Below are positions 1 through 9,711 of a stretch of 64,000 bases of DNA, piece by piece. Location of the stretch: contig JAVJTD010000261.1 in NCBI GenBank assembly GCA_040219065.1, positions 657 to 64,656 on the forward strand. Reading direction: 5' to 3'. Position 1 is the first letter of the stretch. Each line of letters begins with the position of its first letter. Made by a program: the position numbers and the translations under genes. Origin of the DNA: Planctomycetota bacterium (lineage in GTDB: Bacteria > Planctomycetota > OFTM77). Below the pieces are notes generated by a model that did not search any database, was not told the DNA's origin, and was given only the letters and a program-made list of their open reading frames with translations.

Positions 1-1800
1 CCGAGCTCTTCCTTTCGTTGCAGCAAAGCCGGGATATCCGGGTCCTCCATATACCCATAGTGCGCGGTGATGCTCCAGAAGCCCTGCTCGAGCTCGCGCA
101 CGTGAAGGCGCTCACCTTCGCCGAGATGAGGGACGCTTCGGGTGACCACCGTGAGGAGCACCGAGCGGCGGTGGAGGACGCGGTTGTGTCGCAGATTGTG
201 CACGAGGGCCGGAGGAGCGATCATCGGCGAGCCGGTCATGTAGATCGCGGTGCCGTCGACGCGAGTGGGGCGAGTCCGTCGCGTGCGCTCGAGAAAGGTC
301 TGGATCGGCTCGACGCGCTCCTGAATGCGGCGCTCGAGGATCTCGCGGCCTCGCCGCCACGTCGTCATGAGGAGGAAGATGCCAGCGGCGATGGCGAGCG
401 GGAACCACCCACCGTCGAGGATCTTGATCGCGTTGGCACCGAAGAAGGCGAGGTCGATGGCCAAGAATGCGGCCGTGAGCGCGAGGGCGCTCGCCAGGCT
501 CCAACGCCAGCGCCGGCGAGCGACGACGAAGGCCAGGAAAGTCGTGGCGACCATCGTCGTCGTGACCGCCATGCCGTAGGCAGCCGCCAGGCGGCTCGAG
601 GAGCCGAAGCCGATCACGAGGCCGATGGTCGACAGCATGAGGACCCAGTTGACGAGCGGCATGTAGATCTGACCGATCTCGGTCTCCGAGGTGTGGCGGA
701 TCTCGACCCTGGGCAGGTAGCCGAGCATCGTCGCTTGCCGGGTGAGCGAGAAGGACCCGGAGATGACCGCTTGGGAGGCGATGATGGTGGCCAGCGCGGC
801 CAGGGCGACACCGGGGTAGAGAAGCCAGCCCGGCATCATTTGATAAAAGGGATTGACGGCCGCCTGCGGCTCGGAGAGGAGCAGGGCCGACTGGCCAAAG
901 TAATTGAGCAGCAGAGCGGGCATGACCAGAGCGAACCAGGTGACGCGGATCGGACGCGGAGAAGTGCCCCATGTCGGCGTAGAGCGCCTCGCCGCCGGTG
1001 ACCACCAAGAAGACGGCGCCCAGGACCAGGAAGCCCGTGCCGCCTCCCTCGAGTAGGAACGAAGCCCCATAGAAGGGATTGATGGCGTAGAGGACATCCG
1101 GCCGGCGAAGCAGGTGCACGGTCCCGAGCACGGAAAGCGTGCCGAACCAGACGAGGGTGATGGGGCCGAAGAGGGCGCCGACGCTCGCGGTGCCACGGCG
1201 CTGGAAGGCGAACAGCGCGACCAGGATCCCGATCGTGATCGGCACCACGAACGGCTCGAGCACCGGCGTCGCGATCTCGAGGCCCTCGATGGCGCTCAAC
1301 ACCGAGATGGCCGGCGTGATCATGCCGTCGCCGTAGAGGAGCGCCGCTCCGAAGAGGCCAAGGCCAAGGAGCCAGGGATGAGGCCGGCGCCCTTCACGAC
1401 CTCGCAGGCAGGCGAGGGCGGTCAGGGCCAGCACGCCTCCCTCGCCCTTGTTGTCCGCGCGCATGACGTAGAGCAGGTACTTGATCGAGATGACGAGAGT
1501 CACCGACCAGAAGATCAATGACATGACCCCGAGCACGTGCTCCCGCGTCGGCTCGACGGCATGAGGACCGTGGAAGCACTCCCGGATCGCGTACAGGGGG
1601 CTCGTGCCGATGTCGCCGTAGACGATGCCCAGGGCGGCGAGGGAGAGGGCGGCCAGACGCCGGGATTCCGCGGCGTCGCGCGGTGCCGGATGCTCAGCGG
1701 CTGAGGTCACGGCTTGGACTTCGACGGGAGCCTCGGCACGCGATTCGACGTGAGCCTCGTCGCGGGCAGCTTCGACGGAACTGTCTGGCTCGGAGGTCAC
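1..1800 (-). pseudogene. kup: KUP/HAK/KT-family K+ uptake transporter (Kup); frame broken by an apparent 1-nt frameshift near nt ~950-960; 3' end runs off the window start
   Basis: ORF 112..1989(-) contains the KUP signature GDIGTSPLYAI and later GGEALYADMGHF. Immediately after MGHF the listed frame becomes R/P/H-rich junk for ~300 aa. The adjacent frame on the same strand reads SPRPIRVTWFALVMPALLLNYFGQSALLL, the canonical Kup continuation, and stays open past nt 1, so it is not listed in the track. Probable start is GTG at 1800, overlapping (GTGA) the stop of the upstream KTN gene. Confidence 0.8.
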
Positions 1801-2264
1801 GGCCGACCTCCTTCGCTCGAGCTCGACTCGTGCTCTTGCCCCTCGGCCAGTCCGCAGGAGCCGAGGATCGCGGTGGCGGCCAACCGCGTTGGACAGATGA
1901 TCTCGACGCCCAGCTCGCCGAAGGCCTCGCCTCGCCAGGGCTCGTTCACCAAGGCGATGACCCGACGTGCCTCGAAGGCTCGCCGGCAAAGGATGGCCGT
2001 GGTGAGGTTCCGCTCGTCACTGACGCTGGCACAGACGATCACATCGGCCTCCGACGCGTTCGCCCGACAGAGAATCGAGGGCTCGAAGAGATCGCCTTCG
2101 AGGTAGATCGCAACGGCCGACTCCGGGAAGCGGGCAGAATCTGCGCTCTCGTCCGAGACGAGTGCCACGCGATGTCCCCTTTGGTGGAGCTCTGCCGCCA
2201 TGAGGGCGGCCACACCGGTCGATCCAACGATCAAGACAGGACGGGCTGTCGCCATCCGGATCAC
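1797..2264 (-). CDS. stand-alone TrkA-N/KTN (RCK N-terminal, NAD-binding) domain protein, translationally coupled upstream of kup
   Basis: 155-aa ORF with Rossmann-like LIVGSTGVAALMAAELHQRGHRVALV and a typical KTN fold sequence; its stop overlaps the kup GTG start. Confidence 0.75.
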   Translation of the reverse strand: MIRMATARPVLIVGSTGVAALMAAELHQRGHRVALVSDESADSARFPESAVAIYLEGDLFEPSILCRANASEADVIVCASVSDERNLTTAILCRRAFEARRVIALVNEPWRGEAFGELGVEIICPTRLAATAILGSCGLAEGQEHESSSSEGGRP

Positions 2265-2569
2265 TCCGCGTCTCTCACCTGCTCGGGCTCACGTTCGAAC
2301 CGCCAACGAGTAGACCAGAGGACGTGCAGGGTCGGTCTCAAGAGGAGAGCCGGAGACATCAAGAAAGTGCAAAGAGAACGCGCGGACCCGAGGCGCTGAG
2401 CCTCGCGGGCGTGTGGCGGACTCGGGAGGACCAGCAGGGATCCGAGCCGCGCGCGCCCTCGGGCTGGGCCAGGAAGGCTCCTTGAGGTCTTCTTGACGCG
2501 CGCGGGTCGACTCTTGACACCCAATTCACCTCGCTTCTGCTCTCATGGGCTGCAACGCAACGGTGTGAG

Positions 2570-2971
2570 GTGAGCTCGATGAACGCCCGTGAGGAGCTGT
2601 GTATCGTCGTCGGCGATTGCCAACTGGCTGCCGCCCTGGAGGCGGAGCTCGCGAGCTCCGGTCGCCGAGTCACGACGACCGGGGTCGAATCGTTCTGTGG
2701 CATCGGCCGGAGAGTCGAGGACGACTCCGAATTGGAACAGTCTTGGATGGGAGAGGCGCGCGCCGTGGTGATTGCCGTGATCGGAGATCTCGAAGGCGCT
2801 CAGACCTGCATACTCTCTGCGCGAGCTGCCGCAGCCCGGCGGGTCATCGCCTTCTCGTGGACGGCCCCCCATGAAGAGCTCCTCCGCCGGGTGGGCGCAG
2901 GGGTGGTCATTCGCCTGGATCGACTGGCCGCCGAGGCAGTGCTTCGAGAAGTCGGGAAGCGATCGGAATGA
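2570..2971 (+). CDS. small KTN/TrkA-N-like domain protein (degenerate dinucleotide-binding motif)
   Basis: 133 aa; LCIVVGDCQLAAALEAELASSGRRV resembles a KTN N-terminus with GxGxxG replaced by VGDCQLA; ATGA overlap with the next gene; good GC3 codon bias. Confidence 0.55.
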   Translation: MSSMNAREELCIVVGDCQLAAALEAELASSGRRVTTTGVESFCGIGRRVEDDSELEQSWMGEARAVVIAVIGDLEGAQTCILSARAAAARRVIAFSWTAPHEELLRRVGAGVVIRLDRLAAEAVLREVGKRSE

Positions 2972-3402
2972 GCTCCCTTTATGTGATCGTGGTCGGATGC
3001 GGCCGCCTCGGCGCCCATCTCGCCAACCTCTTGAGTCGAGCCGAGCATCGAGTCGTGGTCATCGATCGGAGCGAGGCAGCCTTTGCGGGGCTCTCGGAAG
3101 CGTTCAGTGGGTTCCGGGTCGAAGGCGATGCTGCCGAGCCCGGAGTCTTGAAGCAGGCCAAGATCGAGCGAGCAGACCTGCTGATCGCCGCGACCCAACG
3201 GGACAACGTCAATCTGATGGTCGCCCTCGTCGCTCGAGAAGCGTTCGGCGTGCCGCACGTGATGGCGAGGGTCTATGACCCGGCGCGCGAGCAAGTCTAT
3301 CGCGAGCTGGGTCTTTCGACCGTCTGTCCCACGCTGCTCGCCGGCGAGGCCTTCCTCGAGCTGGTGCACGAGGCGATGTCGCAGGGAGGGGCCGAGGAGT
3401 GA
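2968..3402 (+). CDS. TrkA-N/KTN domain protein (K+ transport regulatory, NAD-binding)
   Basis: 144 aa; VVGCGRLGAHLANLLSRAEHRVVVIDRSE is the classical KTN Rossmann motif; conserved LLIAATQRDNVNLMVAL segment; GTGA overlap with the downstream gene. Confidence 0.8.
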   Translation: MSSLYVIVVGCGRLGAHLANLLSRAEHRVVVIDRSEAAFAGLSEAFSGFRVEGDAAEPGVLKQAKIERADLLIAATQRDNVNLMVALVAREAFGVPHVMARVYDPAREQVYRELGLSTVCPTLLAGEAFLELVHEAMSQGGAEE

Positions 3403-4061
3403 AGGTCATCCTCGTCGGTAGCGGGAGGACGCTGTACTTCCTGGGCCAGACGTTCGTCGCCCAGGGGCACTCGATCACCATCATCGATCGAGACTCGGAC
3501 GATTGCCTGAAGCTCGCGCGAAATCTGAAGGCCACCATCGTGCAAGGAGACGCGAGCGAGCCCAGCATCCTCGAGGAGGCAGGCGCACGGGGAGCGGACA
3601 TCGTGCTCGCCGCTACTGAGAGTGACCCCGACAACCTCATCATCTGCCACATGGCTCAATCCCGCTTCGGCGTCCCACGAGCCGTGGCGCTCGTGAACGA
3701 TCCGGACAATCAGAACATCTTCCGGAAGCTAGGCGTGGATGCCATCTCGACCTCCCTGACCGTGGCGAGCCTGATCGAGCAGAGGGCCGCCTTCGATCAG
3801 GTGATGAACGTGATCCCCGCCAGCGAAGGTCGGGTCATGATCTCGGAAGTCGCTCTCGATGAACGATCACCGGTCGTCGGGTTGCGGCTCGCCGACGTCC
3901 AGCTTCCCGAGGACGCCCTCATCGCCGTTCTCAACCGCGGATCGGAGACATTGATCCCGCGAGGCCACACGGTGCTCGAATCAGGCGACCGAGTGCTGGT
4001 GGTCATGCTGACGCGATCACGGGAAGCGACTCTCTTCAAGCTCACGGGCCAGAGCTCGTAG
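3399..4061 (+). CDS. trkA: TrkA/KtrA-like K+ transport regulatory subunit (KTN N-domain + RCK_C/TrkA-C domain)
   Basis: 220 aa; ILVGSGRTLYFLGQTFVAQGHSITIIDRD (KTN); C-terminal RVMISEVALDERSPVVGLRLADVQLPEDALIAVLNRGSETLIPRGHTVLESGDRVLVV is a typical TrkA-C domain. Confidence 0.85.
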   Translation: MKVILVGSGRTLYFLGQTFVAQGHSITIIDRDSDDCLKLARNLKATIVQGDASEPSILEEAGARGADIVLAATESDPDNLIICHMAQSRFGVPRAVALVNDPDNQNIFRKLGVDAISTSLTVASLIEQRAAFDQVMNVIPASEGRVMISEVALDERSPVVGLRLADVQLPEDALIAVLNRGSETLIPRGHTVLESGDRVLVVMLTRSREATLFKLTGQSS

Positions 4062-4072
4062 GAGGGTCGAAC

Positions 4073-5581
4073 GTGCGAGAGGCCTCCTACCTTCTGCAGC
4101 GGTATCGGGCCATGGGCTCCTACCTTGGCCTCGTCGTCGCCCTGGTGGGGACGCTGATGCTGTGTCCTCTCCTGACGCTGCTCGCGTGGCCGGCTGAATC
4201 GGAGGTCGTTTGGCCGTTCCTCGGGACGGGCCTGATAGCGGTGGTTATCGGGCTCGCGAGCTGGAAGCTGCTGCGAGCGAAGAACGACGTCGTCGTCCTG
4301 ACGATCCAGGAGGGCGGCGTCATCGTCCTCCTGAGCTGGTTGACCGCGTTCGGCTTGGCGGCGATCCCGCTGGCGATCTTGGAGGATCTGAGCTCGACGC
4401 AGGCCCTCTTCGAGTCGGTCAGCGGCTGGACGACGACGGGCTTGTCAGTGGTCGACGTCACTCGAGCTCATCCCGCGACGCTGCTCTGGCGAAGCGTGAT
4501 GCAGCTCGCCGGCGGTGCCGGCTTCGCGATTCTGATGCTCGCGGCCCTGACGGGGCAGACAGGACCGTCTCTCTCCGCCGCGGAAGGTCGATCGGATCAG
4601 CTCGTCCCGAACGTTCGCGCCTCCGCGCGCCTCGTGCTCCGGATCTATACGGGATTCGTCGCCTTCGGTGTCCTCGCGCTACGAGCCGCGGGGATGGGCT
4701 GGTTCGACGCCATCAACCATGCCTTCTGCGCCTTGTCGACGGGCGGCTTCTCGACCAGGGTCACGAGCATCGGGTACTTCGACTCAGCGGCGATCGAAGC
4801 GGTGACGATCGTGCTCATGCTCCTCGGCAACCTGAACTTCATCACCGCCTGGTGCTTGCTCCGGGGGAGCTTTCGAGCCGTGACTCGGAATGGCGAGATT
4901 CGCCTGGTCGCCGTCCTCGTGCCCATCTGTGGCGGACTCCTACTCTGGCTCACCTGCGCACCGCTCTATTCGTCACTATCTCGAGCGAGTCGAGTCGCGA
5001 TCTTCGAGACCGTTACCGCGCTCACGACCACCGGCTATTCGACGGTCGGGTACGGCGACTGGAATTCCTTCGGAGTCCTGATCCTATTGCTTCTCGTGTT
5101 GATCGGGGGAGCGACTTGCGGGACCGCCGGTGGGATCAAGCAATTCCGGATCTACCTCCTCTTCCGGGGACTGGTCCGAGAGCTCCGCCGCCCTTTTCTT
5201 CCGCGAACTTCGGTCGTCGACGACTCGACTTACGAGGGCGAGGAGCGAGTGCCCTTGACCGACGCGCGCCTGCGGACGATTGGGGTCTTCGTATTCCTCT
5301 ACCTCGGCGTCTGGCTCTGCGGGGCGGCGGTGCTGGCGGCGTGGGGCTTCACGCTCCGCGACTCCCTCTTCGAGCTCGCCTCGGCACTCGGCACGGTCGG
5401 CCTGTCCGTAGGGGTCACTGCTCCGGATGCCCCCTGGCCGGTACTTTGGACGGAGATGGTCGCGATGTTCCTGGGACGGCTCGAATTCTTCGTGATCATT
5501 GCAAGTGCCGCCAAGCTCGTCCGGGACGGCGTCGTCCTCGGGAGGAGCTCGAGGAGAGCTCAGCGGCCGGGCAATTCTTGA
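4073..5581 (+). CDS. trkH: TrkH/KtrB-family K+ transporter membrane subunit
   Basis: 502 aa polytopic membrane protein with repeated pore-loop motifs (SGWTTTGLSVVD, ALSTGGFSTR, ETVTALTTTGYSTVGYGDW, GGATCGTAGGIKQFRI) characteristic of the Trk/Ktr/HKT superfamily. Confidence 0.85.
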   Translation: MREASYLLQRYRAMGSYLGLVVALVGTLMLCPLLTLLAWPAESEVVWPFLGTGLIAVVIGLASWKLLRAKNDVVVLTIQEGGVIVLLSWLTAFGLAAIPLAILEDLSSTQALFESVSGWTTTGLSVVDVTRAHPATLLWRSVMQLAGGAGFAILMLAALTGQTGPSLSAAEGRSDQLVPNVRASARLVLRIYTGFVAFGVLALRAAGMGWFDAINHAFCALSTGGFSTRVTSIGYFDSAAIEAVTIVLMLLGNLNFITAWCLLRGSFRAVTRNGEIRLVAVLVPICGGLLLWLTCAPLYSSLSRASRVAIFETVTALTTTGYSTVGYGDWNSFGVLILLLLVLIGGATCGTAGGIKQFRIYLLFRGLVRELRRPFLPRTSVVDDSTYEGEERVPLTDARLRTIGVFVFLYLGVWLCGAAVLAAWGFTLRDSLFELASALGTVGLSVGVTAPDAPWPVLWTEMVAMFLGRLEFFVIIASAAKLVRDGVVLGRSSRRAQRPGNS

Positions 5582-5876
5582 GCGACCCGTCTCCGTTTTG
5601 AGCTCCCGCGCGGGTCCGCGATCCTGCAGACGTGCTTCGGTCGTCTCTTGGGGGAAGTGCGGTCCCGGACGAGTCTCGACGGGTGGCAGAGGAAGCCGGG
5701 AAGGAAACGGCGGCCCCGGCGGAGGCCCGATCAGAGGCCACGGTGGTAAAGGCGGAAAGAGGTGCTCCCGTCGCACCGCACTCATGACCGCCCATCGGTT
5801 GCTCAACCGGGGCCGCTGCGCGGCCCGAGGCGGGTTGGAAGCCCGCGCTCTTGGTTCCGCCCGCGCCCGCAGCTCC

Positions 5877-7139
5877 CTACTTCACGCGCTCGATGTCGGC
5901 GCCTAGCTTGGCGAGCCTTTCTTCGATGCGCTCGTAGCCTCGGTCGAGGTGGTAGACGCGGTGGATCTCGGTCTCGCCTTTGGCGACCAGGCCCGCCAGG
6001 ACGAGGGCGGCGCTGGCTCTCAGGTCGGAGGCCATCACTGGCGCGCCGGAGAGCTTGTCGACGCCTCGGATGATGACGGTCGGGCCTTCCTTTCGGATGT
6101 CGGCTCCCATGCGGTGGAGCTCGGCGACGTGGATGAAGCGGTCGGGGTAGACCTTCTCGGTGACGAGGCTCATGCCGTCGACGACGGAGAGCAAGGAGAC
6201 GAACTGCGCTTGCAGATCGGTCGGGAAGCCGGGGAAGGGCAGGGTCGTCAGGTCGGTCGGCTTGAGGCCGCCATTCGGTCGCACCCGCACCCAGTCCTCA
6301 CCGCACTCGACGTGGCAGCCGACTTCGCGGATCTTCTCGAGCACGGCGGTCACGTGGGAGGGCACCATTCCCTCGACGCAGACGTCGCCGCCGGTGATGA
6401 CGCCGGCCACGAGCATCGTCGCCGCGTCGATCCGGTCGGGGATGACGCTGTGGGTCGTGCCTCCCAGACGCTCGACGCCGTGCACCTCGAGCCGGTGCGT
6501 TCCCATGCCCCGGATGTCGGCGCCCATCTTGTTGAGGATCGTCACCAGATCCTGCACTTCGGGCTCGCAGGCGGCGTTCTCGATGATGGTGCGGCCCTCG
6601 GCGAGTACGGCTGCCATCAGGACGTTGGCCGTGCCGAGGACGGTCGAGCCGAAGGCGGAGCCGAGGTAGATCTCCGTCCCGACCAAGCGTTCGGCCTCGG
6701 CGACGACGTAGCCGTGCTCGATCTCGATCTCGGCGCCGAGCGCGCGCAGTCCCTTCAAATGAAGGTCGATCGGCCGCACGCCGAAGACGCAGCCGCCGGG
6801 CAGAGACACCTTCGCCCGCTGGCGCCTCGCGAGGAGCGGCCCGAGCACGCAGACCGAGCCACGCATCGCGCTGACGAGCTCGTAGGGCGCGGTGACCAGA
6901 TCCTCGTTGACCGATCGGCAGCGCACACCGCCGCCCTCTTGGTGCTCGACCTCGACGCCGAGCGCTTCCAGCAGGCGGAGCATGTTGGTCGTGTCGCGCA
7001 AGAGCGGCGGATTGGTGAGCTCGACCGGTTCGTCGGCGAGCAGAGTCGCCGCGAGGATCGGTAGCGCCGCGTTCTTCGATGCGTTTGCGCGGACCGTCCC
7101 GCTCAGCCGCGTCCCACCGCGGACGAGGATCTTGTCCAT
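5877..7139 (-). CDS. murA: UDP-N-acetylglucosamine 1-carboxyvinyltransferase
   Basis: 420 aa, full-length similarity to MurA (MDKILVRGGTRLSGTVRA..., active-site region KVSLPGGCVFGVRPIDLH). Confidence 0.93.
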   Translation of the reverse strand: MDKILVRGGTRLSGTVRANASKNAALPILAATLLADEPVELTNPPLLRDTTNMLRLLEALGVEVEHQEGGGVRCRSVNEDLVTAPYELVSAMRGSVCVLGPLLARRQRAKVSLPGGCVFGVRPIDLHLKGLRALGAEIEIEHGYVVAEAERLVGTEIYLGSAFGSTVLGTANVLMAAVLAEGRTIIENAACEPEVQDLVTILNKMGADIRGMGTHRLEVHGVERLGGTTHSVIPDRIDAATMLVAGVITGGDVCVEGMVPSHVTAVLEKIREVGCHVECGEDWVRVRPNGGLKPTDLTTLPFPGFPTDLQAQFVSLLSVVDGMSLVTEKVYPDRFIHVAELHRMGADIRKEGPTVIIRGVDKLSGAPVMASDLRASAALVLAGLVAKGETEIHRVYHLDRGYERIEERLAKLGADIERVK

Positions 7140-7179
7140 CTGGGACCCCTCCCGAATTGTCGACCCGCCCGGGTCGGTC

Positions 7180-8520
7180 TCAGCCCATCGTCAGGGCCTC
7201 GACTGCTTCGCGCTCCCTCGGCACCGCCTCGGTGAGCACGTCATGTCCAACCGCCGTGACGAGCACGTCGTCCTCGATCCGGATGCCCAGACCTCGGAAC
7301 TCAGGCGCCACGCTCTCGTCGTCCGCCGCGACGTAGAGCCCCGGCTCGACGGTGAGCACCATGCCTTCGACGAAGGGACGCCACTCGCCGTCTCTCTTGT
7401 ACAACCCCACGTCGTGCACGTCCATCCCGAGCCAGTGCGAGGTGCGATGCATGAAGAACTGCTTGTAGCTCTCGGTCTCGATCACCTCATCGCGGCTGCC
7501 CTCGAGCAGGCCCAGCTCGAGGAGGGAATCGACCAAAGAATGCAGGGCGATCTCGTGGATCGCTTCGATGTGATTCCCCGGCGCGATGGCGGCGATGGCC
7601 TTTTGCTCGGCCTCGAGGACCGCGTCGTACAGATCGGCCGCCGGACCTTGGAACCGTCCGCCCGGCGCGAAGGTGCGCGTCACGTCACCGGTGAAGTACC
7701 CCCACTCGGCGCCGGCATCGATCAAGAGCAGCTCGCCCTTCTTCAGCGGCGCGCGGTTGTCGACATAATGCAGTATCGTCGCATTCTCGCCGGACGCGAC
7801 GATCGAAGGGTAACCGTTCCGCGGCGAGCCTTGCATGCGGAAGGTGTACTCGAGTGTGGCTTGGACCTCGTACTCACGCTGTCCGGGGCGAGCGCTCTTC
7901 ATCGCTTGGAGGTGACCGGCGACGGTGATGTCGGTGGCGCGGCGCAGCGCCTTTTGGTCGTCGGGCGTCTTGATCAGCCGCATCTCGTGCAGCACTTCGC
8001 CCGGGTGGGAGAGCACGGTCGGCTGCTTGCCCTGCTTTTGCCGGCGCCGCGCGCCCTTCTCCGTCTCCTCGAGGATCCTCCGATCGAAGGCGGGATCCTC
8101 GCCGCGGGCGTAGAAGAGCCGATCCGCCTCATCGAGGATCGCGGGCAGCCGCTCGGAGAGCTCTTTTTCTTCGAAGGCTTCGTCCAAGGCGTAGTCGCGC
8201 CTCGCGCCCTCGGGACCGGTCCGGCGGCCGGTCCAGATCTCCATCTTGGGATCGCGGCCCTGGACGAAGATCGTGACGGGCTTCTCGCGCCCCGGGGCGA
8301 GGATCAACGTCGCGTTCGGCTCCTCGAAGCCGGTCAGGTAGTAGAGGTCGGAGTGCTGGCGGTACTCGTGATGGACGTCGCTGTTGCGGATCGCCTCGGG
8401 TGCGCTGCGAAACAGCGCGATGTCGCCGGGCTCCAGTCGGGACAGCAGCTCGGCGCGGCGCCGCACGAAGACCTCGCGAGGCAGGGTGTCGGCAGGAAAG
8501 CTCATCAGCATCGCGTCCAA
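7180..8520 (-). CDS. pepP: Xaa-Pro aminopeptidase (M24B family, PepP-like)
   Basis: 446 aa; N-terminal creatinase/prolidase domain plus M24 catalytic motifs (HYVDNRAPL, LIDAGAEWGYFTGDVTRTF, HRTSHWLGMDVHD, GMVLTVEPGLY). Confidence 0.9.
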   Translation of the reverse strand: MDAMLMSFPADTLPREVFVRRRAELLSRLEPGDIALFRSAPEAIRNSDVHHEYRQHSDLYYLTGFEEPNATLILAPGREKPVTIFVQGRDPKMEIWTGRRTGPEGARRDYALDEAFEEKELSERLPAILDEADRLFYARGEDPAFDRRILEETEKGARRRQKQGKQPTVLSHPGEVLHEMRLIKTPDDQKALRRATDITVAGHLQAMKSARPGQREYEVQATLEYTFRMQGSPRNGYPSIVASGENATILHYVDNRAPLKKGELLLIDAGAEWGYFTGDVTRTFAPGGRFQGPAADLYDAVLEAEQKAIAAIAPGNHIEAIHEIALHSLVDSLLELGLLEGSRDEVIETESYKQFFMHRTSHWLGMDVHDVGLYKRDGEWRPFVEGMVLTVEPGLYVAADDESVAPEFRGLGIRIEDDVLVTAVGHDVLTEAVPREREAVEALTMG

Positions 8521-8532
8521 GTGGTTCGGGTT

Positions 8533-9438
8533 CTAGGCGCCGAGGTGATCGTGCCAGGCGGCGATGGCGCGCTTCTTCTCCTCGGGCTCGAGGGAGGCCT
8601 CGAAGCCGAAGTCGACGTCGAAGAGGTGCATCAAAGCTTCATCCGCCTCTTCCTGGATCGCCTCCTTCTCGTCTTCGAGGCGAGGCAGGAGGTCCTTGGC
8701 CAGCGCGTTCAGTCCGGCGCGTCCGACGAGCTGCGTCGTGAAGAGGCGGATCTCCGGGTTCTCGTGCTCCAATCCGCCTCGCACCGTCGACTCGTCGAGT
8801 GAGATGGTCGCCATGCGGCGCTTGCGATACTCGGCGATGCCTTGCACGGCGCCCTGAAGGGCTTTGGGATTCGATTCGCGAACCGAGCTCTCGAACACCT
8901 CGGAGAGCAGCTCGAAGCCCGGCACTCCGATCTCACTGAGCACCTGGAAGGCGACCGGCCGCCAACGCGACTGACCGGAGACGAGCTGTTTGCGGATCTC
9001 CGCCAAGGACTCGTCCTTGTTCTTGACGAGCCAGGCGAGGCTCTTGTCGCCGAGGATGGAGGGCTCTTCCACCGGACGATCGCGCTCGGGGTCGAAGCGG
9101 CGGAAGTAGAGCGGAAAGCCTTCGGCGTCGACCTCTTGGACCAGCCTGAGCTCGGCACGGGCTTGCTGCCAGGCGACGCCGGGTGTCTCGGGCGCCATGG
9201 TCAGGAGGACGGTGCCTTCCTCGGTCGACTCCGTCCCCTCGGGTGGCAGGCCGCGCTCCGAGAGCCAACCGGCGACGATAATAGCCAGCTCTTCGCTCTC
9301 GAGCTCGAGGGTGCCACCTTTGGACGGGGCGTCTCGAGCTTCTTCGGCATCCAGGCTCGCGACCAGGTCCACCTCGCAGTCGGCGCAGGTGGCGACGCTG
9401 TCCTCGTACTCGCACTCACAACGGGGGCAGAAGGCCAC
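8533..9438 (-). CDS. hypothetical protein with N-terminal zinc-ribbon (CPRCECEY...CADCE) and C-terminal HEAT-like repeats
   Basis: 301-aa ORF, coding-like GC3, co-directional and tightly spaced upstream of pepP/murA; no specific family recognised. Confidence 0.55.
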   Translation of the reverse strand: MAFCPRCECEYEDSVATCADCEVDLVASLDAEEARDAPSKGGTLELESEELAIIVAGWLSERGLPPEGTESTEEGTVLLTMAPETPGVAWQQARAELRLVQEVDAEGFPLYFRRFDPERDRPVEEPSILGDKSLAWLVKNKDESLAEIRKQLVSGQSRWRPVAFQVLSEIGVPGFELLSEVFESSVRESNPKALQGAVQGIAEYRKRRMATISLDESTVRGGLEHENPEIRLFTTQLVGRAGLNALAKDLLPRLEDEKEAIQEEADEALMHLFDVDFGFEASLEPEEKKRAIAAWHDHLGA

Positions 9439-9711
9439 GAGCGGCTCCTCTCCAGCCGAGATTCCTGGGAAGAACGGCCCTCCAAGACCGTGGTCTGCGG
9501 GCCCCGGTGGCGCGCCACTCTAGCAGAGCGCCATCGGTTGACAAGGGGCAAAAACTTGCTACGGTTATGCGTTTCCTGAAGGCCGAGGGCACCGTCGGAT
9601 GGGGATGGAAATCCGACCGGCGAGCATGATGAGACGGGCCGTTCGGGGCGGATCCGCCCCGCTCGATCCCTCGGCAAAGGCGCCAAGCACCGAGCTGGAG
9701 AGCGAAACCCG

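Noticed and set aside
18-1001. 327-aa plus-strand ORF (and 325..579, 1114..1521, 1683..2399)
   Set aside because: Antisense to the kup / KTN genes; Arg/Asp/Glu-rich low-complexity translation typical of out-of-frame reading in high-GC DNA.
5949-8802. Long plus-strand ORFs 5949..7064 (371 aa) and 6892..8802 (636 aa)
   Set aside because: Antisense to murA and pepP, which have unambiguous full-length homology; junk-like composition.
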